Of a stretch of 64,000 bases of DNA, positions 18,404 through 28,198 are shown piece after piece. This stretch comes from a bacterium. GTDB lineage: Bacteria; UBA8248. Under the pieces are notes generated by a model. That model was not told where the DNA came from. It saw only the letters and a program-made list of their open reading frames with translations, and did no database searches. The translations under genes were made by a program, and so were the position numbers. The DNA lies in assembly GCA_963692865.2 (NCBI GenBank), contig OY843592.1:2144001-2208000 (forward strand), read 5' to 3'. The stretch's first letter is position 1. Every line of letters begins with the position of its first letter.

Positions 18404-19354
18404 TTATGCGACGCTGTCGCGGCGGTAATAGTCGGTGAACCAGTGCGGGTTTTCGCGGTATTCCACCCGGCCGTCGGGGTGGATGCGCGCGGTGGCGCGC
18501 CTGAGCGCGAAGCACTGGTGGTGGATCGATATGGGCATCCCGCCCGTGTGGGTGTAGGCCACCTCGATGTGGGTGTCCATCACCGCGCCCTCGCCCTTGA
18601 AGCCCATGGGGCCGAGGCTCGTTCTCCGGCCCAGGTCGTTCAGGTCTTCTTCGAGTTTCGCGATCTGGGGATCGGGGTTCCTGTCCCCCACCACGCGCAG
18701 ACACGCCGCCTCCTTGGCGAGGCGCACGCAGGTATCCTTGGTGCCGCCGATGCCGATTCCCACGATGGCGGGCTGGCACGAGAGGCCGCGCTTGAAGAAC
18801 TCGCTGATCACGTCCAGGAAGAAGCGCTTGATGCCGTCGATGCCGTCGGTGGGGAAGAGCATCCGGTAGTCCCCGCCGAAGAGGCCTCCCTTGTGGAAGC
18901 TCGTGAGCTCTATCCAGTCGACGTCCGGCTCCCAGGAGTAATCCACCGTGGGGGCGTGGATGCCGACGTTGTTGTTGTAATCGTGCCGGGTGATGGGGTG
19001 CACGCGGTTGGGGCGCAGGGGCACGCGCTCGGTGGCGTCCGCCGTTCCCTGGCGGACGGAGCGCTCCAGCGCCACGAAGCCGCCCTCGACCGCGGCGTCG
19101 TTCCCGATTTTCGCGTAAAAGCGCGGAAGCCCGGTGTCGGCGCACATGGGGCGCTGCTCGTCCACGGCGACCTTGTAGTTGTTGACGATTTCCAAGAGCA
19201 CGAACTTCGAGAGCTTCTGGGTCTCGCGCTCGGCCATGTCGGCGATGGAATCGCCCACGTCCTTGGGTATCCCGATGGCGGCGCGGCGGTTGAGCTCGAA
19301 GGCCACCTCTCTGAGCAGTTCGCTGCTGATGGCTTGCGTTTCAACGGTCGGCAT
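18404..19354 (-). CDS. Fe-S fumarate/L-tartrate hydratase alpha subunit
   Basis: PMCADTG, PLRPN, CQPAIVGIGIGG, LGPMGFKG, QCFALRR. Confidence 0.9.
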   Translation of the reverse strand: MPTVETQAISSELLREVAFELNRRAAIGIPKDVGDSIADMAERETQKLSKFVLLEIVNNYKVAVDEQRPMCADTGLPRFYAKIGNDAAVEGGFVALERSVRQGTADATERVPLRPNRVHPITRHDYNNNVGIHAPTVDYSWEPDVDWIELTSFHKGGLFGGDYRMLFPTDGIDGIKRFFLDVISEFFKRGLSCQPAIVGIGIGGTKDTCVRLAKEAACLRVVGDRNPDPQIAKLEEDLNDLGRRTSLGPMGFKGEGAVMDTHIEVAYTHTGGMPISIHHQCFALRRATARIHPDGRVEYRENPHWFTDYYRRDSVA

Positions 19355-19373
19355 TTGGATGTCCTCCCCGCTC

Positions 19374-20225
19374 TCATGCGCCGGGCGCGCGGCCCCGGAA
19401 GATGGATGCGGCGAATTGTCTGACGCCGCCCGCAGCGGCGCGGCGCTTGAGTCCCTTGATGGCGCCCGTGGGGCTGATGCCCTTGGGGCAGCTCTCCGTG
19501 CAGTTGTATTGCGAGTGGCAGCGCCAGGCGCCGTCCTCCCCGCAAACTTCCAGAAGCCTCTCCAATCCCAGGGCGTCCCGGCTGTCGTTCACGAGCGTGT
19601 AGGCGCGGTTCAGCGCCGCGGGCCCCAGGTAATCGCTATCATGCCCTACAATGGAGCAGGATGCATAGCAGATGCCGCACGTAATGCACTCGATGTGCGG
19701 CTCGATGCGCTTGCGCTCGCGCGAATTCGGCGCGATGAGCGCGGGGGCCTTCTCCGCCGCCTTGTTCGGCTCCAGCCAGCCGCGGGCGCGTTTCATCTTT
19801 TCGAAGAACGCGGACATATCGACCGCCAGATCGCTCAAGACCGGGAAATTGGAGAGCGGTTCGAGCGTGATTTCTTCACCCAGACCGTCCAGAAGCGTCC
19901 GGCACGCCCAGGCGGGGCGTCCGTTCACCTTCAGGGCGCAGGTGCCGCACATGCCCACCCGGCAGGAGTAGCGGAACGAGAGCGTGGCGTCCTGCGCGCT
20001 CTGCACGGCGACCAGCGCGTCGAGCACCGTCATGCGCGGGCCGGTCTCGACCTGGAACGCATCGAAGCGCTCGCCCGGATCGTCCGCAGCGCCGCCCCGG
20101 CGGATTCTGACGCGCACCGTGGGGCGTTTTACCGGCTTTTCTTCCGGCGCGTCTTTTTCCGGCGCCGGTTCTTCCTGCGCCCCTGTTTCCGGCGCTCCTT
20201 CGCTCAATTGCGCCTCTTCGTTCAC
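19374..20225 (-). CDS. Succinate dehydrogenase/fumarate reductase Fe-S subunit-like
   Basis: SCRVGMCGTC, CITCGICYASC, CHSQYNCTESCP. Confidence 0.93.
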   Translation of the reverse strand: MNEEAQLSEGAPETGAQEEPAPEKDAPEEKPVKRPTVRVRIRRGGAADDPGERFDAFQVETGPRMTVLDALVAVQSAQDATLSFRYSCRVGMCGTCALKVNGRPAWACRTLLDGLGEEITLEPLSNFPVLSDLAVDMSAFFEKMKRARGWLEPNKAAEKAPALIAPNSRERKRIEPHIECITCGICYASCSIVGHDSDYLGPAALNRAYTLVNDSRDALGLERLLEVCGEDGAWRCHSQYNCTESCPKGISPTGAIKGLKRRAAAGGVRQFAASIFRGRAPGA

Positions 20226-20575
20226 GCCATGAACCTCCAGTATTCAGTGTGCATGTAGGCCAGCCAGAAAAACGCGGCCACGCCCACGACGCACAGCACC
20301 CACAAGAGTTTCCGCTGGTGGCGGTCGGGGAAGCCGAAATCGGTCAGGATCACCTTGATCCCGTGCATGGCGTGCCAGACGACGAGGAGGAGCATGGTGA
20401 TCCGCACCGAATCGATGTAGGGGTTCATCACGTGGATCGGGAACAGGACGATGAGCGCAAGGGCCGATAGCCTTTGCAGCACCCACGACCACATGCCCGG
20501 ATACATCGAGCGCCATGCGCCGATCTTCCAGGCGGGAGGTTTATTTGTGGTCGTCGGTTCTTTCACGCTCGTCAT
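20222..20575 (-). CDS. Succinate dehydrogenase-type small membrane anchor
   Basis: WSWVLQRLS, H, WHAMHGIKVILTD, 3 TM segments. Confidence 0.8.
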   Translation of the reverse strand: MTSVKEPTTTNKPPAWKIGAWRSMYPGMWSWVLQRLSALALIVLFPIHVMNPYIDSVRITMLLLVVWHAMHGIKVILTDFGFPDRHQRKLLWVLCVVGVAAFFWLAYMHTEYWRFMA

Positions 20576-20600
20576 TGCTGGTCTTCGCTCCGTTGCTGTG

Positions 20601-22352
20601 TCAGTCGATGAAATTGGGTTCCGGCGCCGTCTGCGCGGCGGTCTCCGCCCCGGGATGCAGGCGGCTGAACGCGACGGGTTTCCGCTCGATGACGGCCGCA
20701 TCGCCCTCTTTTTTGATATAGACGTTGTAGAGGTACTCATCCTGAGTCTCGGGGCAATCATCCCTGTAGTGGCTGCCCCGGCTCTCGTCGCGCTCAAGGG
20801 CTGAGAAGGCTATCAGTTCGGCGACGCAGACCTGGTTCCGCACGTCGAGCGCGTGCTGCCAGGCGAGGTTGTAGGCGCGCCCGCCTTCCGCGCGGGCCTC
20901 CGCCGCGCGTCGCTTCAAATCGTGGAGCATACGGATGCCGCTCTGGATATCGGCGCCGTTTCGTCTCAAGCCCACCTTGTTCCACATGGTTTCCTTGAGT
21001 TCTTCCCTCATGGGGTAGGGGGATTCGCCTTCGCCCAGCGCGTCCAGCGTTTTCTCCTCGGCAACCGCGAGCGCCTCCGCGTCGTAGGGGAGGAGGGGGG
21101 AGTCCGCCGCTTCTTCGGCCATCGCCTCGCCCGCTATCTCGCCGAACACCGTGGCGTTCGCCACCCCGTTTCCGCCCAGGCGGTTTGCGCCGTGCGTGCC
21201 GCCCGCGTCCTCGCCCGCGGCGTAAAGCCCCGCTAAATTCGTGCGGCATGCGGTGTCAATCTTCGCGCCGCCCATCATGTAGTGCGCGGTGGGGGTCACC
21301 TCCACGGGGCCGCCTGCGAGGTCGTAGCCCAGATCGGCGCAGCGCTCGACCATGCCCTTGAAGTTCTTGCGCACGAAGGATTTTCCGAGATGACTCACGT
21401 CGATGAACACGCCGCCGCGCTCCGTTCCCCGGCCCTCGATGATCTCGGTGTAGCCCGCCCGCGAGACCACGTCGCGCGTGGCGCGCTCCATGCGCTCGGG
21501 GTCGTAGCGCTCCATGTAGCGCTCCCCCGCCGCGTTCTTCAAGTGCCCACCCGCGCCGCGCAGCCCTTCTTCGAGCAGCGTGCCGGTTATCTGGAGGCCG
21601 TCTCCCGTGAGGATGCCCGTGGGGTGGAACTGCACCATCTCCATGTCGCAGAACGATGCGCCCGCCTCCCATGCGATCGCCATGCCGTCGGTGGCGAGTT
21701 CCTGCGCGCATGCGGATATCTTATAGAGCGTGGGGCCGCCGCCCGTGGCGAGGAGCGCGCATTTGGCGTTCACGGCGATGAACTCCCCGCTCCTGATGTC
21801 GAGCAAAAGCGCGCCCGCGACGCGCTCCGGCTCGCGTCTGGCGGGCAGGAGCGCCACCGCGCGCGTTTCCTCCAGCACGTCCACCCCGCGCCTTGCGAGC
21901 TGCTCGGAGACGCGGTTGGTGATCTCGATGCCCGTCAGGTCGCCCTTGTGCACCGTTCTGTCGAAGCTCTGGCCCGCGAAGGCTTTCTGGTGGATGGTGC
22001 CGTCCTCGTTTCGGTCGAAGAAGCATCCGCACACGGTTTCGAGCCGCTCCACGCAGCCGGGCGCGCGGCTCACGAGGGTCCAGGCGAGTTCCTGATCGTT
22101 GATCCAAGCGCCGCCCTGCAAGGTGTCGAGAAAGTGGTTCTCCACCGAGTCGGTTTCCGCCAGCGCGACGTTGTAGCCGCCCTGCACCATGCGCGTGCAG
22201 CCGCTCTTCCCGAACAGACCCTTGACCGCCACGGTGACGTCGAGGGCGGGGTTTTGCGTGTGGGCGGCGAGCGCGGCGAGCAGGCCCGCGCCGCCCGAGC
22301 CCAGGATCAGGATGTCCGTTTTCATCGTGCGCAAGAGAGCGTTTCCCCACAT
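20601..22352 (-). CDS. SdhA/FrdA/NadB family flavoprotein (start may be 22325)
   Basis: LGSGGAGL, EMVQFHPTG, EGLRGAGG, AHYMMGG, HGANRLGGN, ESRGSHYR. Confidence 0.93.
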   Translation of the reverse strand: MWGNALLRTMKTDILILGSGGAGLLAALAAHTQNPALDVTVAVKGLFGKSGCTRMVQGGYNVALAETDSVENHFLDTLQGGAWINDQELAWTLVSRAPGCVERLETVCGCFFDRNEDGTIHQKAFAGQSFDRTVHKGDLTGIEITNRVSEQLARRGVDVLEETRAVALLPARREPERVAGALLLDIRSGEFIAVNAKCALLATGGGPTLYKISACAQELATDGMAIAWEAGASFCDMEMVQFHPTGILTGDGLQITGTLLEEGLRGAGGHLKNAAGERYMERYDPERMERATRDVVSRAGYTEIIEGRGTERGGVFIDVSHLGKSFVRKNFKGMVERCADLGYDLAGGPVEVTPTAHYMMGGAKIDTACRTNLAGLYAAGEDAGGTHGANRLGGNGVANATVFGEIAGEAMAEEAADSPLLPYDAEALAVAEEKTLDALGEGESPYPMREELKETMWNKVGLRRNGADIQSGIRMLHDLKRRAAEARAEGGRAYNLAWQHALDVRNQVCVAELIAFSALERDESRGSHYRDDCPETQDEYLYNVYIKKEGDAAVIERKPVAFSRLHPGAETAAQTAPEPNFID

Positions 22353-22469
22353 GAATCAGGCGTTTGCTTCACGCGCCAAGAATGCCACAGCGCATGGGCG
22401 CGAACAAGCAATCTTGAAAACAGGGGGACGTGAGCGGGGCTATTGAAATTCTTATCTCACACGGCGGAT

Positions 22470-22740
22470 TCGGGTTTGTTGAAAAAGTCCCCGAGGCGGT
22501 GGGGGTGCGATGATTTTGTAGGGGCGGACCTGCGTGTCCGCCCTTTGCGTTCGCCGTGTTTTATCATCGCGTTATCGTTATAAGACGGATGCCTGAAGGC
22601 GGGCGGACACGCAGGTCCGCCCCTACGGTCGTCATTCGAATGGTTGTGCAGGGGTCGCATATGGCCTGTTGAATAACCTCCTCGCCGGGGGGGTGTCCGT
22701 TTTTACCCCCTTATCAGGGTACTTTTTCACCACCCCCGTG
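22470..22740. repeat. MITE with an inverted REP doublet (REPIN-like, 22518-22626)
   Basis: GTAGGGGCGGACCTGCGTGTCCGCCC ... GGGCGGACACGCAGGTCCGCCCCTAC between TTGTTGAAAAA-type ends. Confidence 0.85.
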
Positions 22741-22751
22741 GGTGCGCCGTA

Positions 22752-23435
22752 TTACAATTTCTCCAGAATGACGACGCGGCGCTCATCCGTCCAGCGGCGC
22801 GCGAAGCCGAAACGCTCCTGAATCCACGCGAAAGTTTCCAGCCTGTAGAAGCAAAGATGGGTAAAATCTCGCCTGTAGTGCCAGTTGTTCTTGAACCGCG
22901 CCTCCTCCCAGAACGCCGTCATGACGCCGAGAAGACCGCCCGGTTTCAGGTTCTCATGAATCCGCCCGATCTCCTCCCTCGGGCGCCTTAAATGCTCGAA
23001 CGTCTCGCTCGCGGCGATGAAATCAAAAGGGCCATCCGGCATTTCGGGGAAAAAGTACGGATCGTAGGGCAGGCATTTGATTCCTTTCGCCTTGAACAGC
23101 TCACATAGAACGGGGTGTCCGTCCGACGCCGGCCCCGCGCCGAAATCGAGCCCCCGCGCGCCCTGGGGCAGCATCGCAGCCAGGGGCTCGCTCAACTGCT
23201 TGAGAAAGGCGAGGTAGCCTTCATCGGAGGCGGAATTCCGGTGTTGCTCGTACCTCGCTTTTTCTTGATCGGGCGCGGGCCGGAATTCGGGCGGCACGAA
23301 GATGAGCCGGCAGACCGGGCAGTGCGCGTAGTCGCGCCCATCGGCCTGGAGGTACGGCGCCGCCTCGCCCGACCCGCACAGGGGGCAGATTTCATGCTGT
23401 TCATGTATCGGGATATGACCTTTTGTGTCGGGCAT
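22752..23435 (-). CDS. Class I SAM-dependent methyltransferase with N-terminal Zn ribbon
   Basis: CPLC, CPVC, GLDFGAGP, YDPYF, ETFEH, WHYRRDFTH. Confidence 0.9.
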   Translation of the reverse strand: MPDTKGHIPIHEQHEICPLCGSGEAAPYLQADGRDYAHCPVCRLIFVPPEFRPAPDQEKARYEQHRNSASDEGYLAFLKQLSEPLAAMLPQGARGLDFGAGPASDGHPVLCELFKAKGIKCLPYDPYFFPEMPDGPFDFIAASETFEHLRRPREEIGRIHENLKPGGLLGVMTAFWEEARFKNNWHYRRDFTHLCFYRLETFAWIQERFGFARRWTDERRVVILEKL

Positions 23436-23524
23436 TCGAACGGCCCACCTAAGGCGGTGAAAGCGAGGGCGGCGATGGACGCAGGCAGATCGGGAAGAGT
23501 TTAATCTTTATGTATGCCCTCAAC

Positions 23525-23980
23525 AACGGGGTTGTTACTCCCTCCATTGAGTATTTTCACCGTCATTCCGGCGAAAGCCGGAATCCATTTTCAACCGCCG
23601 ATGGAATCGACCAAGCGCCGCCATTCCCTCCGCACGGATACCGCATTCAGGCGTTGCGCGGCAACGAAGCCGTGGCCGCTCCGCCCGGTGAAAAGTCAAA
23701 ATGGATTCCGGCTTTCGCCGGAATGACGATCAAAAGCAAAAGAACGCCCCCGACGAGGGGGGGGCAACAGCCTCCGGTATGGGCGGTTCGCAAATCGCCA
23801 ACGCCTCTTTCCTCACCTTGAGTAGCCGCCGGAGGTCAAACGCGACTGAGAAAGGAGCGTTTGTATCGAAGGGCGAGGGGACTCGAACGCCTCGCGCCGG
23901 GGCGAGAGGGCATCCTTCGATACGCGGCTTCGCCGCTACTCTGGATGAGGCAGAGAGGACTTTTCAACAAACCCGCTACG
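23525..23980. repeat. Palindromic repeat cluster
   Basis: CGTCATTCCGGCGAAAGCCGGAATCC and its inverted partner (about 23561-23728); CCTTCGATACGCGGCTTCGCCGCTACTC element; MITE-type ends. Confidence 0.8.
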
Positions 23981-24125
23981 GGAAGCATCCCACCATGCCC
24001 CCGCCTCGGGTCGAAACATCGGCCCGTCATATTGACACCCCATGCGCCATCCCCTAGCTTGGGGCGCTTTTGTGCGTGCGGCGCGAATGCCTTTTCTCGT
24101 TTCATAATCACCGAGAGGTGCGGTC

Positions 24126-24890
24126 TTGATACTCGACAAGTTTCGTTTGGACGGCAGGGCGGCCCTGGTGACGGGCGCGGGCACGGGCCTGGGCGCGGCG
24201 ATGGCGCTGGGGCTGGCGGAAGCGGGCGCGGACGTGGCCGTTCTCGGCAGGCGGGAGAATCTCGTGGAAGAGACCGCGCGCAGAATCGAATCCCTGGGCC
24301 GCCGCGCGCTCGCCATCGGGGCGGACGTAACGAATGCGGAAGACGCGGCCCGCGCCGTTGCGCGGACGGAAGAGGCGCTCGGAGCGGTGGACATACTTGT
24401 AAACGGAGCGGGCGTGATAAACGCCGACCCGAGCGCCGACGTGAGTCCTGAGGATTTCCGCTTCGTCCTCGACGTGAACCTGACGGGCGCTTTTCTTTGC
24501 GCGCAGGCCGCAGGTCGCGGGATGCTCGCGCGCGGTTCGGGCAGCATCGTGAACATCGGCACGTTTCTGGGGGAGCGGGGCCACAGGCCCGCGCGCGCGG
24601 CGTACAACGCGAGCAAATACGGCGTGGTGGGACTCACGAAATCGCTCGCGATGGAGTGGGGCGGGCGCGGCGTCCGCGTGAACTGCATCTGCCCGGGCGT
24701 GCACCGCACGCCGATGGTCGCAAAAGCGCTCAAATACCCTACCGACGAGGAGTGGCTCAAGGAGAAGACGATACTCGGCCGCATGGGCGAACCGGAGGAC
24801 ATCGTGGGTCTCGCGGTTTTTCTCGCGTCCGACGCCTCGGCCTACATCACGGGCGAGAGCATCTTCGAAGACGGGGGAGGGTGGCTGTAA
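24126..24890 (+). CDS. SDR oxidoreductase (KduD/gluconate 5-dehydrogenase-like)
   Basis: TGAGTGLG, NGAG, YNASK, NCICPG. Confidence 0.92.
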   Translation: MILDKFRLDGRAALVTGAGTGLGAAMALGLAEAGADVAVLGRRENLVEETARRIESLGRRALAIGADVTNAEDAARAVARTEEALGAVDILVNGAGVINADPSADVSPEDFRFVLDVNLTGAFLCAQAAGRGMLARGSGSIVNIGTFLGERGHRPARAAYNASKYGVVGLTKSLAMEWGGRGVRVNCICPGVHRTPMVAKALKYPTDEEWLKEKTILGRMGEPEDIVGLAVFLASDASAYITGESIFEDGGGWL

Positions 24891-24948
24891 GGCCGCGACG
24901 AAACGACGGCGGCCGGCGGCGAGGCCGCAATGGATACGGGGAGAGGGA

Positions 24949-25662
24949 ATGCCGGAATTAAGAGCGATAATCTTCGATTTCGACGGCACCATCGCGGACA
25001 GCGAGCCGCTACACCTGGCGGCGTTCCAGGCGGTGCTGTCTGAAGAGCTGGACCTGGACTTGACGGAAGAGGAATACGCCGAGCGCTACCTCGCCTTCGA
25101 CGACAGGCTGCTGTTCACCCACGTGCTCAGCGACCGCGGCGTGGCCGTCGAGGCCGACCGCTTCGAGCAGCTTCTGGAGATGAAAGAGGCGCGCTACCAG
25201 GAAATCGCCCTTGCCCCGCAGATTCTCCCCGGCGCCTCGGAGATGATTCGCGCCGCCGCCGCGCACTGGCCCCTCGCCATCGCGAGCGGGGCGCTGGGGC
25301 GCGAAGTGCGGCCCGTGCTGGAGCGGGTGGGGCTCGTCGATTGTTTCCCGATCATCGTGACGGCGGAGATGGTGAGCCGGGGGAAACCCGATCCCGAGAG
25401 TTTCCTGACGGCGCTTGCGCAGATAAACGAGGGTCTTGGCACACCGATTCCGGGCGCATCGTGCCTCGTGGTGGAGGATTCCGTCGCGGGCGTGCGCTCG
25501 GGGGGCGCCGCAGGCATGAGGACGCTCGCGGTGACGACGAGCTATCCCGCCGAAAAACTCACCGAGGCCGACCGCGTGGTGGACTCGCTGGAGGAGACGG
25601 TCGACCCCGGCGGTCTCGCGGCCTGGTTCGCCGCCCTGCCGCCCGCCTCGTCCCCGAGATAG
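24949..25662 (+). CDS. HAD family phosphatase
   Basis: FDFDGTIADSE, KPDP, VVEDS..G. Confidence 0.92.
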   Translation: MPELRAIIFDFDGTIADSEPLHLAAFQAVLSEELDLDLTEEEYAERYLAFDDRLLFTHVLSDRGVAVEADRFEQLLEMKEARYQEIALAPQILPGASEMIRAAAAHWPLAIASGALGREVRPVLERVGLVDCFPIIVTAEMVSRGKPDPESFLTALAQINEGLGTPIPGASCLVVEDSVAGVRSGGAAGMRTLAVTTSYPAEKLTEADRVVDSLEETVDPGGLAAWFAALPPASSPR

Positions 25663-25671
25663 GAGAGGGAG

Positions 25672-26199
25672 ATGGTCATAATGAAAGTCGCCCGCATGGG
25701 TCATCCCGTCCTGCGGGAGAAGGCGCGCGAAATCACGACCGAGGAACTCGGGAGCCCCGGCCTTCCTGACCTCATCGAGGACATGTTCGAGACGATGGTG
25801 GAATATGCGGGCGTGGGCCTCGCCGCTCCGCAGGTGCACTACGGGCTGAGGGTGTTCGTCACGCAGATCGACCCCGACGATGAGGAGACGCTGCGTTATG
25901 CCGTGAACCCGAAGCTCACGCCCTTGGGGAGCGAGGGTTGGGAGGACTGGGAGGGATGTCTCAGCGTCCCGGACATCCATGGCCGCGTGCCGCGCAACGA
26001 CCGCGTGCGCCTGGAAGCCCAGGACCTGGAGGGACGCGCCTGGGCCGAGGAGCTGGAAGGCTTCGCCGCGCGCGTCTGCCAGCACGAGTACGACCATCTG
26101 GACGGACTTATCTTTATCGACAGGATGCGCGATTTCTCGACGCTCTGCTTCGGCGAGGAATACCGCAGGTACCACGCCCCGCGTCCCAAGGAGGGGTGA
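25672..26199 (+). CDS. def: Peptide deformylase
   Basis: GVGLAAPQ, EGCLS, QHEYDHLDG. Confidence 0.97.
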   Translation: MVIMKVARMGHPVLREKAREITTEELGSPGLPDLIEDMFETMVEYAGVGLAAPQVHYGLRVFVTQIDPDDEETLRYAVNPKLTPLGSEGWEDWEGCLSVPDIHGRVPRNDRVRLEAQDLEGRAWAEELEGFAARVCQHEYDHLDGLIFIDRMRDFSTLCFGEEYRRYHAPRPKEG

Positions 26200-26284
26200 G
26201 GGGGTTAATGGCACTCGTTCGTTATCGCTGATAAATTCTAGTGTTTTGTTATAACTTCAAGTTGTGGGGAGGGAGATTAGTTGA

Positions 26285-27142
26285 ATGAAGGTTTTCATTA
26301 GTTGGTCGGGAGAGCTTAGCCACAGAGTAGCAATTGTATTACGTGATTGGTTGCCTTCTGTGATTCAGTCGCTTGAACCGTATGTTTCCTCAGAGGACAT
26401 TGATAAAGGTACTCGTTGGAGCACGGACATCTCAAAAGAGTTAGAGGATTCGTCATATGGTGTCCTTTGCATTACCAAGGACAACCTTGATGCTCCGTGG
26501 CTGAATTTTGAGGCTGGCGCGTTATCCAAATCCGTTGATAAAAGTCGAGTCTCACCGTTCCTTTTCCGCGTGAAACGCTCAGAGATACGAGGTCCTATAC
26601 TTCAATTTCAGTCAACCACCTTTGATAAGGACGATGTCAAAAAACTAATCCATAGTCTCAACAGTGCAAATGATTCCCCCATGCTCGATGAAACTCGTGT
26701 CGATCCGATATTTGATGTTTGGTGGCCTAAACTTGAAGAAAATCTTAACGAAATAAAAATTTCGGAAACAGAAGTAGAAAAAGTAGTTTCTAATGCGAAA
26801 GGGCCGGATCCATCGTCAGAGATTCTTGAGGAAGTTTTGGAGCTTCTCCGCAGCCAACATCGTCTTCTTAATTCTCCAGGTGAACTCGTTCCTCGCGGTT
26901 ATCTTGAATCAGTGTTAAACACCCAAGGGGGAATTCCACATGACCATCCTGTTTTTCGAGACATTGAAAATGCTCGACGAGAATTCGACGTAGTACTTTC
27001 CTCTTTTGATGAAGAAGATTTCATGCCAACGGCGGTGATTAAAGACCTTTGGTCGAAACTTAGTAGTCCGTTAGAATTTATGCTGCGTCGTAATCGTTCT
27101 AGGCGACATCGAACATTGTTTGAGGATTCTAGAAATGATTAG
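26285..27142 (+). CDS. TIR domain protein (low GC, putative defence)
   Basis: KVFISWSG, EDIDKG.RW, PWLNFEAGALSK with the catalytic Glu; AT-rich codons. Confidence 0.9.
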   Translation: MKVFISWSGELSHRVAIVLRDWLPSVIQSLEPYVSSEDIDKGTRWSTDISKELEDSSYGVLCITKDNLDAPWLNFEAGALSKSVDKSRVSPFLFRVKRSEIRGPILQFQSTTFDKDDVKKLIHSLNSANDSPMLDETRVDPIFDVWWPKLEENLNEIKISETEVEKVVSNAKGPDPSSEILEEVLELLRSQHRLLNSPGELVPRGYLESVLNTQGGIPHDHPVFRDIENARREFDVVLSSFDEEDFMPTAVIKDLWSKLSSPLEFMLRRNRSRRHRTLFEDSRND

Positions 27143-27292
27143 TTTGCAAAAGGTCCTTGGACACGGCGTTTCAACGAAGTTTCGTCACTTTAGCTTGTCG
27201 ATACAACGAACGCTTGATTGAAAGTGAGCTGTCACCCGATTCGTAGACGTTTCATGACACATCAAAAAAGATGGAAAGGTATATATTTAGAA

Positions 27293-27874
27293 ATGAAAAC
27301 AATCGCAGCAATCAGCGCCCGGTGGCGGCGTTCAGGATTTGGCGGCCGTCTCGGTTATTTGGCTCTTCTCCTGCTGCTCGGCCTCCCGGCGGCGGCGCAT
27401 GCGGCGCCGCCCGACCTCAAGACTCCGGCGCCGGTCATCTACCTGGCGGACAATCTGGACGAGCAGGATGGGCTGGGCTGGTGCATCGACACCCGCGGAC
27501 GCGGGTTCAGCGATAGGTTGCACGCGCACTCGTGCAAGCCGCGCGGCGGCGACGTGCAGTTCCGCTACGATGAGGCGGCGCGGCGGATCGCTTCGGCCAC
27601 TTTTTCGGGGAAGTGCGCCGCGCTTTTGAAGCCTGCCGCCGCAGGCGTCACCCTGGGATTATTGGATTGCGCGAAAGACGCCGAGGGCCAGGTTTTCGAC
27701 TACGACGCCGCGTCGATGGAGTTCCGCCCCGGCGCGGACCCGACGCTTTGCCTCGCCGCCGGCGCCGCAAGCAGGTCGGCCGGGCCGTTCATGTCGCGCG
27801 ACCTCGCCCTCGCGCCGTGCGCGTCCGCCGGGGCCAAGTTCAAGCAGTGGCGCATCAAGAAAGCCAAGCCCTGA
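27293..27874 (+). CDS. Secreted ricin-type beta-trefoil lectin-like protein
   Basis: Signal peptide ending AHA, WCID, paired Cys, QF/QW motifs. Confidence 0.7.
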   Translation: MKTIAAISARWRRSGFGGRLGYLALLLLLGLPAAAHAAPPDLKTPAPVIYLADNLDEQDGLGWCIDTRGRGFSDRLHAHSCKPRGGDVQFRYDEAARRIASATFSGKCAALLKPAAAGVTLGLLDCAKDAEGQVFDYDAASMEFRPGADPTLCLAAGAASRSAGPFMSRDLALAPCASAGAKFKQWRIKKAKP

Positions 27875-27914
27875 TGGGTTGAGACGAAAGTCAAAGAGGC
27901 ATTCGCCTGTTTTC

Positions 27915-27942
27915 TTGACATATCATGATATTTCATGATAAT
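27915..27942 (+). promoter_or_regulatory. Sigma70 promoter with tandem palindromic operator
   Basis: TTGACA-16-GATAAT, with TATCATGATA and TTTCATGATA overlapping the spacer and -10. Confidence 0.7.
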
Positions 27943-27967
27943 TATGGTCTCAGATTGGAGGTGTCCC

Positions 27968-28198
27968 ATGGCGGCTAAGCCGCGAGAAAAGTTCGCAACC
28001 CAGGTGAATTCGGAGATTCTGGCCGCCGTCCGCAGCCTTGCACAGAGCGAGGGGCGGCAGCTTCAGACCCTGATAGACGAGGCGCTGGCCGATCTGATCG
28101 AGAAGCGAAAGGGGAGCAAGCCACGCCCCCACGTCATGGCGGTCTACCAGGCGAGCCATGAGAGGTTCGCGCCGCTCTACAAAAAACTCGCTGAATGA
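27968..28198 (+). CDS. Putative antitoxin (RHH-like)
   Basis: Small protein REKFATQV..., overlaps the doc start (ATGA). Confidence 0.75.
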   Translation: MAAKPREKFATQVNSEILAAVRSLAQSEGRQLQTLIDEALADLIEKRKGSKPRPHVMAVYQASHERFAPLYKKLAE

